Assembly (NCBI GenBank): GCA_043756885.1 | Contig: JAYUQF010000146.1 | Location: 1 to 40,560 of the forward strand | Direction of reading: 5' to 3' | DNA length: 40,560 nt | DNA from: Pseudomonadota bacterium | GTDB taxonomy: Bacteria > Pseudomonadota > Gammaproteobacteria > Ga0077536 | In this document: one piece after another, positions 1 to 9,416 of the stretch | How the letters are laid out: the number at the start of each line of letters is the position of its first letter | How positions within the stretch are numbered: the stretch's first letter is position 1 | Position numbers and translations under genes: made by a program | Notes under the pieces: model-generated | Seen by the model: the letters and a program-made list of their open reading frames with translations, nothing else | The model's database searches: none | What the model was told of the DNA's origin: nothing

Positions 1-347
1 AGGTTCTGTGGCAAGCCACTGGTTTGTTCCGCCTCGTCGGCGATTAAAAAATCCTCTATCCCCAAGCGCGCGATGGTGGCGCCACTGGTGTCGCACAGCC
101 AGCGATTGGGTGTGTCCGGCAGCGCTACACCCTGGGCTGCCAGCCACGCTGCAGCACCACGGCCCTTAAAACCGACGCGGGCCAGATGGGTGTGATCACA
201 GAGCCAGGGTGCACCAGCGGTGATGCGGGTGCGCAGTTGTGCGCTGACCCGATAAGCATTGATTTCCAGCCAGCTGCTGGTGAGCGGGGCTAAGCGCTCA
301 AACAGCGGGCTACGACAGGCGCAGGTATTCACGGCCGTTTCAGTCAT
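1..347 (-). CDS. mgdD: sarcosine oxidase gamma-subunit family protein (N-methylglutamate dehydrogenase subunit D); N-terminal ~115 codons only, continues beyond the window
   Basis: Absent from the ORF track because there is no stop in the window. The ATG at 347-345 overlaps the alpha-subunit stop (ATGA). Hand translation MTETAVNTCACRSPLFERLAPLTSSWLEINAYRVSAQLRTRITAGAPWLCDHTHLARVGFKGRGAAAWLAAQGVALPDTPNRW... is open to base 1. The position after the alpha subunit and the GFKG..AA.WL motif fit the SoxG family. Confidence 0.75.
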   Translation of the reverse strand, partial: MTETAVNTCACRSPLFERLAPLTSSWLEINAYRVSAQLRTRITAGAPWLCDHTHLARVGFKGRGAAAWLAAQGVALPDTPNRWLCDTSGATIARLGIEDFLIADEAEQTSGLPQN

Positions 348-3256
348 AGTTGCTGGCGCGCGTTGTGTGGGTCGTAGAAGGCGCTCTGCACCACCTCGGC
401 GCTGAGCAAGCCGCCGCTGCCCGATAACTTAATTTCAAAACGAGCGCCGAGCTGCGCCATATCGGGCGCGACATAAGCCAAGCCGATGATGTGGCCAACG
501 GCTGCGGAATAAACAACCGAGGTCACGCGGCCAACGATTTCATTATTGCGCAGGGTGAGGTTGCATTCTTCGGGCAGCGGCGAGCCACTGGGCAGACGAA
601 AGCCAACCAGTCGCCGCGTCAGGCCGCGCCGCGCCAAAGCAGCGATGGCACGTTGGCCGATGAAAAAAGGTTTTTCGTTGGCGACCACGCCGTCCATGTC
701 CACTTCCTGCGGGTAGCTGAGGCCGTCGCTGTCCTGACTGACGATGATGTGACCTTTTTCAAGTCGCAACAGACGTTGTGCTTCGATGCCAACCGGCACC
801 ACGCCCAGAGTCTCGCCAGCGGCCATCAGTGCGCGCCACACGGCCTCGCCATGGTGAGCCGGAATATGTACTTCCCAACCGAGCTCGCCGACAAAACCGA
901 CGCGCATAAAACGGGCGAGCACACCTTTGATTGAGCCAAGCCGGCATTGCGAAAAGCCGAAGGCCGTGCTGGATAAATCAACATCATCAACCAGGGGTGC
1001 AAGCAGTTCACGCGCTGCCGGGCCGGCGACATTAATGGCGCACCAGGCGCTGGTGACATTGATGAGGTCGACCGCCAGCTGCCATTGCGCCTGCCAGCGT
1101 TGCATGTGGCGATAAACAACATCGATACCTGTAGTGGTGGTGGTGACGTAAAAAAAATCTTCTGCAAAACGTGCTGCAATGCCGTCATCAACAATGATGC
1201 CGGCCTCGTCTGTCATCAAAACATAACGCAAGCGCCCGAGCGGCTGCTTTTTGTAGCGGAAGGTGTAGATGCGCTCGATGAACTCGGCGGCATCAGGGCC
1301 ACGGACTTCGATCTTGCCCAGCGTTGAGACATCGATGAGGCCCACGCGTTGATGCACCGCCGCCGCTTCGCGCGCGGCTGCCAACGCAGCGCTGGTTGCG
1401 TCACCGTAGTAGGCCGGGCGCTGCCAACTGCCGGCCGGCATCATGCGCGCGCCACTTGCGAGGTGCCAGTTGTGCATAGGCGTGCGGCGCAGCGGCTGAC
1501 GATCGCGACCAGCAAGATGGGCGATGGGCTCGGGCAGGACCGGTGGACGCTGGGTGGTTAGCCGTGCACCGCTTAAGCTCGCACCTTGCGCGCGCAGCGT
1601 GATGCGCAAGGTATTGGCGGCCGAATAACGCCCCTGGGACGGGCCCATGACGGCCGTGGAATAACGCTTGACCAGGTTAATGTCGGCATAACCGGCGGCC
1701 ACCGCGTCTTCGATATCTTTAACCTGCAGGTCTTCGTCGATATCGACAAAGTCTCGCCCACGGGGATCGCTGGTAATGGGCCAGGCGTGGCCTTCGGCTG
1801 CGTCTATAACCGTGGCGGGTGGCGCGGCAGCACTGCGCAAGGCCAATACTTCGGCGGCCTGCCAGCCAGCATAGCGCCCATCAGCCAGTGCGTTGGCGAG
1901 TGTCGCCCGTCCGCCCACTGCACCGGCCAGCAGGGCGCAGGGATTGTGCGCGGGTGCATGGGCGATGAAATGCGCGCCGTCGGCGTCGGCCAACAGATCG
2001 CCGCCAGCTTGCGTTACGAGCTGTGCGGCCGGTAAGTAGCCGGCGCTGACACACAGGAGATCGCAGGGCAGGGTGCGCGCCTGACCATCAACACCGATAG
2101 CGCGCACCACCGCGCCGAGTAATTGTTGACCGTAACGCGTGGTAACGGCTTCGATCACGGTGTGGCCGTGCAGGATCTCAATACCCGCCAGGGCGAGTGC
2201 TTGTTGCATGGCTTCACCCTCGTGGGCAGCACGCAGATCAACCACGGCCGCCACTTCGACCCCGGCATCACGCAGATCGAGCGCCGCGCCGTAACCGGCC
2301 GTCGTCGCAGTCAGGACCACCGCACGGCTTCCCGGTTTCACACCGTAAAGATGGATCAGGCGTTGCGCAGCACTGGCCAGCATCACGCCGGGTGCATCGT
2401 TATTACGAAATACTGCGGGCTGCTCAATCACCCCCGTCGCGGCGATGACGACGCGCGCGCGAATTTTGTAATACCGCTGTGCGTCCATCACCGCCAGCCA
2501 GTTATCGGCGAACCAGCCGGTGCAGGTTGCGCCATTGAGCACCGTAATGAGCGGTGCGGCGATGATGGCTGCATTCAGTTCAGCAAGTGTTTGTTGCGCG
2601 GCTTCGCGTGCGAGGGCATCACGGCCGTATAGCAGCGCCCCGCCCAGGCGCGCGCCGTCATTGATCAGAATCACTTCCGCGCCAGCGCTTGCAGCTTGCA
2701 GCGCGGCGGACATGCCTGCCACGCCACCGCCAATCACCGCCACATCGGCAAAACGATGCTGGTGATCTATCGTCGTGTGGGGGGCGCTGCGCGCCACACG
2801 CCCCAGGCCTGCCAAGCGTCGAATGATCGGTTCCCACCAGCGCCACGCACCACGCGGTTTGTAGAAGGCGTGGTAATAAAAACCAACCGGCAGGAAACGA
2901 CTGAATACTTCAATCGCCCGTGCCCAATCAAGTTTAAGACTGCCCGCGACATTCTGCGCATTGACCACCAGGCCAGGTTCGATGGGGTGTGCATCGGCTC
3001 GCACATTCGGTTGCGGGCCAATCTGCACCAGGCAGTTGGCGTCGTTGCCAGCCAAGGCGTAGATACCCCGCGGCCGATGGTATTTGAATGAACGCGAGAG
3101 GATACGCACGTCGTTGGCGGCTAAGGCGCTGGCAATGCTGTCACCGACAAAACCGCTATAACTCTCACCCTCAAAACGAAAACGCACTTCGTGCTGACGG
3201 TCAATAAGCAGGCCGTTAGGTGCGGGCAAACGCATCGTATTGCGTGTTTTGCGCAT
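344..3256 (-). CDS. mgdC: sarcosine oxidase alpha-subunit family protein (N-methylglutamate dehydrogenase subunit C)
   Basis: ORF 344..3292 trimmed to the ATG at 3256, which overlaps the delta-subunit stop (TAATG at 3254-3258). N-terminus FRFEGESYSGFVGDSIASALAANDVRILSRSFKYHRPRGI. Rossmann motif DVAVIGGGVAGMSAAL. The C-terminal half looks like a GcvT/aminomethyltransferase-type folate domain. Confidence 0.9.
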   Translation of the reverse strand: MRKTRNTMRLPAPNGLLIDRQHEVRFRFEGESYSGFVGDSIASALAANDVRILSRSFKYHRPRGIYALAGNDANCLVQIGPQPNVRADAHPIEPGLVVNAQNVAGSLKLDWARAIEVFSRFLPVGFYYHAFYKPRGAWRWWEPIIRRLAGLGRVARSAPHTTIDHQHRFADVAVIGGGVAGMSAALQAASAGAEVILINDGARLGGALLYGRDALAREAAQQTLAELNAAIIAAPLITVLNGATCTGWFADNWLAVMDAQRYYKIRARVVIAATGVIEQPAVFRNNDAPGVMLASAAQRLIHLYGVKPGSRAVVLTATTAGYGAALDLRDAGVEVAAVVDLRAAHEGEAMQQALALAGIEILHGHTVIEAVTTRYGQQLLGAVVRAIGVDGQARTLPCDLLCVSAGYLPAAQLVTQAGGDLLADADGAHFIAHAPAHNPCALLAGAVGGRATLANALADGRYAGWQAAEVLALRSAAAPPATVIDAAEGHAWPITSDPRGRDFVDIDEDLQVKDIEDAVAAGYADINLVKRYSTAVMGPSQGRYSAANTLRITLRAQGASLSGARLTTQRPPVLPEPIAHLAGRDRQPLRRTPMHNWHLASGARMMPAGSWQRPAYYGDATSAALAAAREAAAVHQRVGLIDVSTLGKIEVRGPDAAEFIERIYTFRYKKQPLGRLRYVLMTDEAGIIVDDGIAARFAEDFFYVTTTTTGIDVVYRHMQRWQAQWQLAVDLINVTSAWCAINVAGPAARELLAPLVDDVDLSSTAFGFSQCRLGSIKGVLARFMRVGFVGELGWEVHIPAHHGEAVWRALMAAGETLGVVPVGIEAQRLLRLEKGHIIVSQDSDGLSYPQEVDMDGVVANEKPFFIGQRAIAALARRGLTRRLVGFRLPSGSPLPEECNLTLRNNEIVGRVTSVVYSAAVGHIIGLAYVAPDMAQLGARFEIKLSGSGGLLSAEVVQSAFYDPHNARQQL

Positions 3257-3534
3257 TACTTGGCGCTCACCTGTGCGTTGAAGTAGTCGCACGCCGGATA
3301 GGTTTTTAAGATGGTATCGCTGGCCGTATCACGTTCAGCGATGAACCAGTAGGCACTTGCCAGGTGATACCACCACTCGCGCACCACACCGCATGTATTG
3401 TTTTCAATAAACAGGTATTCCGCCCAGCGCCGATCGTCGCTGGTGGCCGGATCAGGCATGACACCCACGGTGCCGCCATACACAAACTCAGCGATGTTGC
3501 GTGGGCCGTTAAGCGGGCAGTGCATGATTTTCAT
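3256..3534 (-). CDS. mgdB: sarcosine oxidase delta-subunit family protein (N-methylglutamate dehydrogenase subunit B)
   Basis: 92-aa ORF MKIMHCPLNGPRNIAEFVYGG... of typical SoxD size with the N-terminal Cys/His motif. It sits between the beta and alpha subunits, 2 nt after the beta stop. Confidence 0.88.
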   Translation of the reverse strand: MKIMHCPLNGPRNIAEFVYGGTVGVMPDPATSDDRRWAEYLFIENNTCGVVREWWYHLASAYWFIAERDTASDTILKTYPACDYFNAQVSAK

Positions 3535-3536
3535 TG

Positions 3537-4772
3537 TCAGTGTCCGACCGACGCGGCACCTTTTTCGCCTACCTGTGCGTAGTCGTAAAAGCGTTCAAGC
3601 GAGAAGGGCGCACACAGGTGATGGGGTTTGCCGGTGGCGACGGTCTCGGCCATACAAATGCCCGATACGGGCGTGGCTTTGAAGCCCCAGGTACCCCAGC
3701 CGGCATCGATGTAATAACTGTCGACAGGCGTTAAGCCCATCACCGGGCTGAAGTCCGGTGTCATGTCGGCCATGCCCGCCCATTGCCGCAGCACGCGCAA
3801 CGATCCGATGAATGGAAACAATTCCAGCATATGCATCATCAAGTCTTCTTTGAACTCCAGCGTTGAGCGAGTTGCGTAGAGCGGATAGGGATCGGTCGAA
3901 CCACCCATCACCAACTCGCCACGTGCCGACTGTGAGACATAAATATGCAGAGAGCCAGACACAATGATGGGATCGAGAAATGGTTTGACGGGTTCCGATA
4001 CACAGGCCTGCAAAGGGATGGTGCGGATAGGCAACCGGAAGCCCGCCATGCGCGCAATTTCCGAGCTCATGCCGGCCACCGCCTGCATGGCCTTGCCGCA
4101 GGTTATGTCGCCACGATTGGTCTGCACACCCACCACTCGATTGTTTTCGATCTGTAAGCCGGTGACCTCGGTGTGGGTATGGATCTCCACCCCCAGTTCA
4201 GCGGCACGCTGCGCATAAGCCCAGGCCACTGCATCGTGCCGCGCAATGGATCCCGGCGGATGGTAGAGCGCGCCCATGATCGGATAGCGCACGTCGTCGC
4301 GAAGATTTAACTGCGGACACAGACGCGCGATTTCGTCCGGATAAACCAGACTGGAATTAACCCCCAGGTGTTGATTGACCTCGGCCCGCCAGCGCGCGGT
4401 ACGCAGCGCGGCATCGGTATGGGCGAGGGTCAGGTGGCCGCGCTCGCTGAACATGATGTTGAAATCGAGTTCGTGGCTGAGCGCGCGAAACAGGCGCACC
4501 GACTCATCGTAGAAGCGCACACCATCGGGGGTCAGATAGTTGGAGCGCACGATAGTGGTATTGCGTGCTGTGTTACCCGACGCCAGATAACCCTTTTCCA
4601 GCACGGCGACATTGTTAATGCCCCAGGTTCTGGCCAAGTAATAAGCACAGGCCAGACCGTGAGCACCACCGCCGATGATCACAACATCGTAGGATGATTT
4701 CAGTGGTCGCGGCGCAGGTAGTTGGCGCGGTGGGCGACCACCACGCAAGCCGCGCTTCAGGAGCTCGAACAT
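3537..4772 (-). CDS. mgdA: sarcosine oxidase beta-subunit family FAD oxidoreductase (N-methylglutamate dehydrogenase subunit A)
   Basis: The start of ORF 3537..4787 is a TTG, so I prefer the ATG at 4772 (MFELLKRGL...). FAD Rossmann motif YDVVIIGGGAHGLACAYYLA and DAO-family features throughout. Confidence 0.9.
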   Translation of the reverse strand: MFELLKRGLRGGRPPRQLPAPRPLKSSYDVVIIGGGAHGLACAYYLARTWGINNVAVLEKGYLASGNTARNTTIVRSNYLTPDGVRFYDESVRLFRALSHELDFNIMFSERGHLTLAHTDAALRTARWRAEVNQHLGVNSSLVYPDEIARLCPQLNLRDDVRYPIMGALYHPPGSIARHDAVAWAYAQRAAELGVEIHTHTEVTGLQIENNRVVGVQTNRGDITCGKAMQAVAGMSSEIARMAGFRLPIRTIPLQACVSEPVKPFLDPIIVSGSLHIYVSQSARGELVMGGSTDPYPLYATRSTLEFKEDLMMHMLELFPFIGSLRVLRQWAGMADMTPDFSPVMGLTPVDSYYIDAGWGTWGFKATPVSGICMAETVATGKPHHLCAPFSLERFYDYAQVGEKGAASVGH

Positions 4773-4800
4773 GGTCTGACTTGGCAATCAGTTGCGCGCT

Positions 4801-4882
4801 GCAGGTCCGAATTCATTTGGACATTCGTCCCACGCAAATGTCTCGCCGCGTAGCGCAATGTCCGACTGAAGTCGGACCTGCG
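4801..4882. repeat. REP-like palindromic unit pair (inverted orientation) in the gmaS-mgdA spacer
   Basis: GCAGGTCCGAATTCATTTGGACA (4801-4823) and, on the opposite strand, GCAGGTCCGACTTCAGTCGGACA (4859-4881). Each can fold as a GTCCGA/TCGGAC stem-loop. The same unit recurs at 10119-10200. Confidence 0.8.
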
Positions 4883-4926
4883 ACGGACAAAAGAGCAGAC
4901 AGGCAAGAACAAGGAATTCACAGGCC

Positions 4927-6234
4927 TCAACAATCCAGCGTGTTTTTTCTTTCCCACTCGCTCAAGTGCGCAGTGTACTCGCGCCACTCGCCCATTTTAA
5001 GTTTGATGTAGGAAGCGACAAAGTCTTCACCAAGCAAGGCGGCGATCTCTTTATTTTTCTCAAACAGACGCAAGGCGTCGAGCAGAGTGGCCGGCAGTTT
5101 TTTTGCCGATTTAACCGTGTGACCTTCTTCGTACATATTGATATGCAAAGGTGCGCCGGGATCACGCTTGTGGGCGATGCCGTCCAGGCCTGCGGCGAGG
5201 ATGCCGGCCTGGGCCAGATAAGGATTGGTTGAGCCATCAAGCAGGCGCAGCTCAAAACGTCCGGCATCGGGCACACGAATCATATGAGTGCGGTTATTGC
5301 CGGCATAGGTCACGGCATTGGGCGACCAGGTGGCGCCGGAGCTGGTGACGGGCGCGTTGATGCGTTTGTAGCTGTTGACGGTGGGATTAAACAGCGCGCA
5401 CAGCGAGGTGGCATGCTGCATGATGCCGCCCAGAAAATGATAAGCCAGCGGGCTCAGCCCTAGTGCATCGCGTGCGTTCAGGAATAAATTTTTGGCGCCG
5501 GTTTTGTCCCACACCGAAACATGGGCATGGCAGCCATTGCCGGTCAGATGGGGGAAGGGCTTGGGCATGAAGGTGGCGCGATAACCATGGTTCTCGGCCA
5601 CAGTTTTGACCATGTACTTAAAAAACACATGACGATCAGCGGTGACCAGCGCATCGTCGTAATCCCAGTTCATTTCGAACTGGCCATTGGCGTCTTCGTG
5701 ATCGTTTTGATAGGGCCCCCAGCCCAGTTCCTGCATGGCATCGCAGATCTCCCGGATGATCGGGAAGCGCCGCATCAACGCTTGCTGGTCGTAACAAGGC
5801 TTGTTTTGATCGTCGGCCGGGTCGGACACACTGCGACCATCGGCGCTGGTCAGAAAATACTCGCACTCAACGCCGGTTTTCATGCGGTAACCAAGCTTTG
5901 CAGCGCGTTCGATCTGACGCTTCAACACCACCCGTGGTGACGCTTCGACCTCAGCGCCGCTCATCCATAAATCGGCGGCCAGCCAGCCCACTTCGCGATT
6001 CCACGGCAGTTGCACCAGACTGGCGGGATCGGGACGGCCAAACATATCCGGATGGGCGGGTGTCATGTCCAGCCACACGGCAAAACCGGCAAAACCGGCA
6101 CCGTCACGTTGCATCTGTTTAATGGCACTGGCCGGTACCAGCTTGGCCCGCAGCGCGCCAAACAGGTCGACGAAGCTGATTAAAAAATATTTGATGCCTT
6201 TGGCTTTTGCGACTTGGGCCAGATCGGTAACCAT
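4927..6234 (-). CDS. gmaS: type III (GlnT-size) glutamine synthetase family protein, probable gamma-glutamylmethylamide synthetase
   Basis: The first codon of ORF 4927..6240 is TTG. The ATG at 6234 has a GGAG 6 nt upstream. The ~435-aa GS catalytic-domain protein lies between mgsC and mgdA, as in described NMG clusters. Confidence 0.85.
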   Translation of the reverse strand: MVTDLAQVAKAKGIKYFLISFVDLFGALRAKLVPASAIKQMQRDGAGFAGFAVWLDMTPAHPDMFGRPDPASLVQLPWNREVGWLAADLWMSGAEVEASPRVVLKRQIERAAKLGYRMKTGVECEYFLTSADGRSVSDPADDQNKPCYDQQALMRRFPIIREICDAMQELGWGPYQNDHEDANGQFEMNWDYDDALVTADRHVFFKYMVKTVAENHGYRATFMPKPFPHLTGNGCHAHVSVWDKTGAKNLFLNARDALGLSPLAYHFLGGIMQHATSLCALFNPTVNSYKRINAPVTSSGATWSPNAVTYAGNNRTHMIRVPDAGRFELRLLDGSTNPYLAQAGILAAGLDGIAHKRDPGAPLHINMYEEGHTVKSAKKLPATLLDALRLFEKNKEIAALLGEDFVASYIKLKMGEWREYTAHLSEWERKNTLDC

Positions 6235-6314
6235 GCTCAACTCCGTCAGGGGTGATTGTTGCGCCGCTTACACTCGCGCTTATACGCGCATGCACTCACA
6301 GCACTGCAAAGCAT

Positions 6315-7676
6315 TCAAAACTTGCTGTGGCCCGGTATCCAATCGGTGCCGGCCAAGGGTACTTTGGCCATAGCAGCCGCTTCGATAGTAAGCGCTACGA
6401 GATCTTCAGGCTCGAGGTTGTGCACATGACTCTTGCCGTTGGCACGGGCCAGAGTTTGAGTTTCAAGGGTCAGTACGCGCAAATAATTAGCGAGTCGTCG
6501 GCCCCCCAGTATCGGATCAAAACGCGCTGCGAGTGTTGCATCCTGAGTTGAGATGCCGCTGGGGTCACGGCCTTCGTGCCAGTCGTCGTAAAAACCTGCG
6601 GCGCTGCCCAGACGACGGTATTCATCCTCAAGGTCCGGGCTGTTATCACCCAGGGCGATGAGGGCCGCAACACCGATAGAGACCGCATCGGCGCCCATTG
6701 CAAGTGCCTTGGCGACATCGGCACCGGAACGTATACCACCGGACACGACCAACTGCACTTTGCGGTGCATGTCGAGTTCCTGCAGCGCTTCAACGGCCTG
6801 GCGCAGGGCCGGCAGGGTTGGAATGCCAACATGTTCAATGAATACATCCTGGGTCGCGGCCGTGCCGCCCTGCATGCCGTCCAGTACGATGACATCGGCG
6901 CCGGCTTTGACTGCCAGCGCGGTGTCGTAATAGGTGCGGGCCGCGCCGATCTTGATGTAGATCGGCTTTTCCCATTCGGTGATCTCGCGCAGTTCCTGAA
7001 TTTTTATCTTCAGATCATCGGGGCCCGTCCAATCGGGATGACGACAGGCACTGCGTTGATCAATGCCGGCCGGCAGATCACGCATTGCGGCGACACGCGC
7101 GGAGATCTTCTGGCCCAGCAGCATGCCACCACCACCCGGCTTGGCGCCCTGGCCGACCACCACTTCGATGGCATCAGCGCGGCGCAGATCGTCAGGATTG
7201 AGGCCATAACGTGAGGGCAGCACCTGGTAAACGAGCAGCTTCGAATGTTCACGCTCTTCGTGCGTCATGCCACCATCGCCGGTGGTGGTGCTGGTGCCGG
7301 CGATGCTGGCGCCACGGCCGAGCGCTTCTTTGGCGGGCCCGGACAGTGCACCAAAACTCATGCCGGCTATAGTGATAGGGATCTTGAGCTCGATAGGCTT
7401 TTTGGCAAAGCGGGTGCCGAGCGTAACGCTGGTATCGCAGCGTTCGCGATAACCTTCGAGCGGATAGCGCGACATGCTTGCGCCGAGAAACAGCAAATCA
7501 TCAAAATTCGGAATACTGCGCTTGGCACCGAAGCCACGAATGTCATAGATGCCCGTGCGCGCGGCGCGCTGGATCTCGGCGATCACGGTGCGCGGAAAGC
7601 TTGCCGATTCGCGTAAGCGCGATTGTAATTCTGCTTGCGCGAGCATCTCGCGATTGCGACGTCGCTTAGTAGGCAT
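6315..7676 (-). CDS. mgsC: FMN-binding glutamate synthase family protein (N-methylglutamate synthase subunit C)
   Basis: The GQGAKPGGGGMLLG motif is typical of the GltB FMN domain. The ATG at 7676 overlaps the mgsB stop by 11 nt. Confidence 0.88.
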   Translation of the reverse strand: MPTKRRRNREMLAQAELQSRLRESASFPRTVIAEIQRAARTGIYDIRGFGAKRSIPNFDDLLFLGASMSRYPLEGYRERCDTSVTLGTRFAKKPIELKIPITIAGMSFGALSGPAKEALGRGASIAGTSTTTGDGGMTHEEREHSKLLVYQVLPSRYGLNPDDLRRADAIEVVVGQGAKPGGGGMLLGQKISARVAAMRDLPAGIDQRSACRHPDWTGPDDLKIKIQELREITEWEKPIYIKIGAARTYYDTALAVKAGADVIVLDGMQGGTAATQDVFIEHVGIPTLPALRQAVEALQELDMHRKVQLVVSGGIRSGADVAKALAMGADAVSIGVAALIALGDNSPDLEDEYRRLGSAAGFYDDWHEGRDPSGISTQDATLAARFDPILGGRRLANYLRVLTLETQTLARANGKSHVHNLEPEDLVALTIEAAAMAKVPLAGTDWIPGHSKF

Positions 7677-8355
7677 CGGTATTGTCCACATTGAAGTGAT
7701 AAAGTTTTCGCGCTGAGCCAAAACGACGGAATTCTGACGCATCGGCGCCGCTCACGCCGGCTTCGACCAGCAGTTTGTCGAGCTCGATTTTATGTTTGTC
7801 CTTCATGGTCTTCTCCACGCAGTCGGCACCGAGCCCGGCGACGTTGCCGCGCACGTAAAGGCGCGCTTCGTAGAGCGAATCACCCAGCGCATCACCGGCG
7901 TCGCCGCAGATCACCAGGCGGCCCGATTGCGCCATAAAGGCGCTCATATGACCCACCGCGCCATGCACGACGATGTCCACGCCCTTCATGGAGATACCAC
8001 AACGGGAGCTGGCATTGCCTTCAATGATCAGCAAACCACCATGGGCAGTGGCGCCGGCATATTGTGAGGCGCTGCCAATCACGCGCACGATGCCGGACAT
8101 CATGTTTTCGCCCACCCCAGGGCCCGCATTGCCGCGTACGGTAATGCGGGCATATTTGTTCATACCGGCGCAGTAGTAGCCGACGTGGCCGTCTATATCG
8201 ACCAGCAGGGGCGCATCGACGCCCACCGCAAGGTTGTGCAGGCCGTTGGCGTTTTTGACTAACCACGTCGCGCTTTCTTCGCTGCCATTGAACTCATGCA
8301 GGGCGTGGTTGAGCTCGCGTGTAGTGCCGTGGGAGAGATCAAATTGGTGGACCAT
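7666..8355 (-). CDS. mgsB: GXGXG-motif (glutamate synthase C-terminal beta-helix-like) protein (N-methylglutamate synthase subunit B)
   Basis: Repeated Gly-rich beta-helix motifs (GNAGPGVGENMMSG, GDAGDALGDSLYEA). The ATG at 8355 lies 1 nt after the mgsA TGA (8357-8359). Confidence 0.85.
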   Translation of the reverse strand: MVHQFDLSHGTTRELNHALHEFNGSEESATWLVKNANGLHNLAVGVDAPLLVDIDGHVGYYCAGMNKYARITVRGNAGPGVGENMMSGIVRVIGSASQYAGATAHGGLLIIEGNASSRCGISMKGVDIVVHGAVGHMSAFMAQSGRLVICGDAGDALGDSLYEARLYVRGNVAGLGADCVEKTMKDKHKIELDKLLVEAGVSGADASEFRRFGSARKLYHFNVDNTDAY

Positions 8356-8356
8356 G

Positions 8357-9253
8357 TCAGTGGCTCCAACTGTAGATGCGGCCCGGCGCGGGCTCCCAGC
8401 ACTCGGCAAGTCCTGCGCCTGGCAATACCGCCAGGGCGCGGTACTCCGACGCCATTGCCACCCATTGATCGGTCTCGGCGATCACCGCCGGCTTGCACGC
8501 GATGGGGTCACGTAACACCGCAAAACCGTCGCGGGTGCCAATGGCAAAGGTGTAAAAGCCGTCCAGTTCAACGATGGCGCGATCGAGTGCAGCTTCCAGG
8601 CTATCGCCTTCCATCAAACGCCAGGTGAGAAAACCAGCGGCCACTTCACTGTCGTTGTCGGTGGTGAAGTGGATGCCACGCTTGCTGAGCTGGGTGCGCA
8701 GGCGGTTGTGGTTGGATAACGAGCCGTTATGCACCAGGCAGAGATCTTCGCCGGTTGAAAAAGGGTGCGAGTGTTCGGTCGTAACGGCGCTCTCGGTGGC
8801 CATGCGGGTATGGCCGAGCGCATGGGTACCGCTGAACTGTGAGACGCCAAAATTGTGCGCGACCTCGGCCGGCAGGCCCTTCTGCTTGTAGATTTCAATG
8901 GTGCTGCCGGAACTGTTAACGCGCAGGGCCGGGAAGTTGCCCCGGATCCAGCTCGTCAAGTCAGCACTGGCAGCATAGGCGCTGAGGATGGCGTGATTGC
9001 CCATCATCCCCAGGCCGGTGACACCCTGAAAGACATTGCGCACGGAATGCTCGAAGTCCGGCCAGGAAAACCACGGCACTGTAGCGAGCAGGGTGAGCTT
9101 GACCTGTCCCTCGGGCACCGGGTTGCGGTAAACCGCCACGCCCGCGCTGTCGGGGCCGCGATCGGTCATTTCCAGCAGCATTGGGGTCAGGTAGAAACCG
9201 AGCTGCGCTGCGAATTCTGGGGTCTTGGCAAACAGACCGACGATGCCACACAT
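8357..9253 (-). CDS. mgsA: class II (Ntn) glutamine amidotransferase (N-methylglutamate synthase subunit A)
   Basis: ORF 8357..9364 trimmed to the ATG at 9253 so that the protein starts MCGIVGLFAK. Cys must follow the initiator Met in Ntn amidotransferases. Confidence 0.88.
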   Translation of the reverse strand: MCGIVGLFAKTPEFAAQLGFYLTPMLLEMTDRGPDSAGVAVYRNPVPEGQVKLTLLATVPWFSWPDFEHSVRNVFQGVTGLGMMGNHAILSAYAASADLTSWIRGNFPALRVNSSGSTIEIYKQKGLPAEVAHNFGVSQFSGTHALGHTRMATESAVTTEHSHPFSTGEDLCLVHNGSLSNHNRLRTQLSKRGIHFTTDNDSEVAAGFLTWRLMEGDSLEAALDRAIVELDGFYTFAIGTRDGFAVLRDPIACKPAVIAETDQWVAMASEYRALAVLPGAGLAECWEPAPGRIYSWSH

Positions 9254-9374
9254 AGGTGTTTCCCGATCGGCTGGTCCGATCTTTTGATTTGAGCCTAAAC
9301 GCCTGAATTCGAGAGGGAGATTTCCGCGACCTGCGGCACTGGCGAGCCCAATCGCAAACCTCACTCGGAATCAA

Positions 9375-9416
9375 GAATTTCATTCGGGGAACAAAATTAT
9401 CCCAATATGAAAATTC
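9375..9416. promoter_or_regulatory. imperfect inverted repeat in the AT-rich regulator-mgsA spacer (candidate operator)
   Basis: GAATTTCAT (9375-9383) ... ATGAAAATTC (9407-9416) within the 172-bp spacer 9254-9425. No consensus promoter hexamers could be assigned confidently. Confidence 0.2.

Noticed and set aside
344-9364. A literal reading as sarcosine oxidase (soxBDAG) plus glutamate synthase plus glutamine synthetase
   Set aside because: The 'glutamate synthase' is split into three small proteins (amidotransferase, GXGXG, FMN domain) with no GltD partner. The GS is the short GlnT/GmaS type. All eight genes are translationally coupled in the known NMG-pathway order.
8357-9364. Long N-terminal extensions offered by the ORF track (mgsA to 9364, mgsB to 8409, mgsC to 7742, the regulator to 10142, the BVMO from 18225, the lipocalin-like gene from 20858, the TIGR03790-like gene to 26259, the HDOD gene from 37349)
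   Set aside because: The extensions overlap upstream genes or repeats and lack Shine-Dalgarno sequences. They are Arg/Pro/Ala-rich, as expected for open non-coding frames in GC-rich DNA. Internal starts give canonical N-termini such as MCGIVG and signal peptides.
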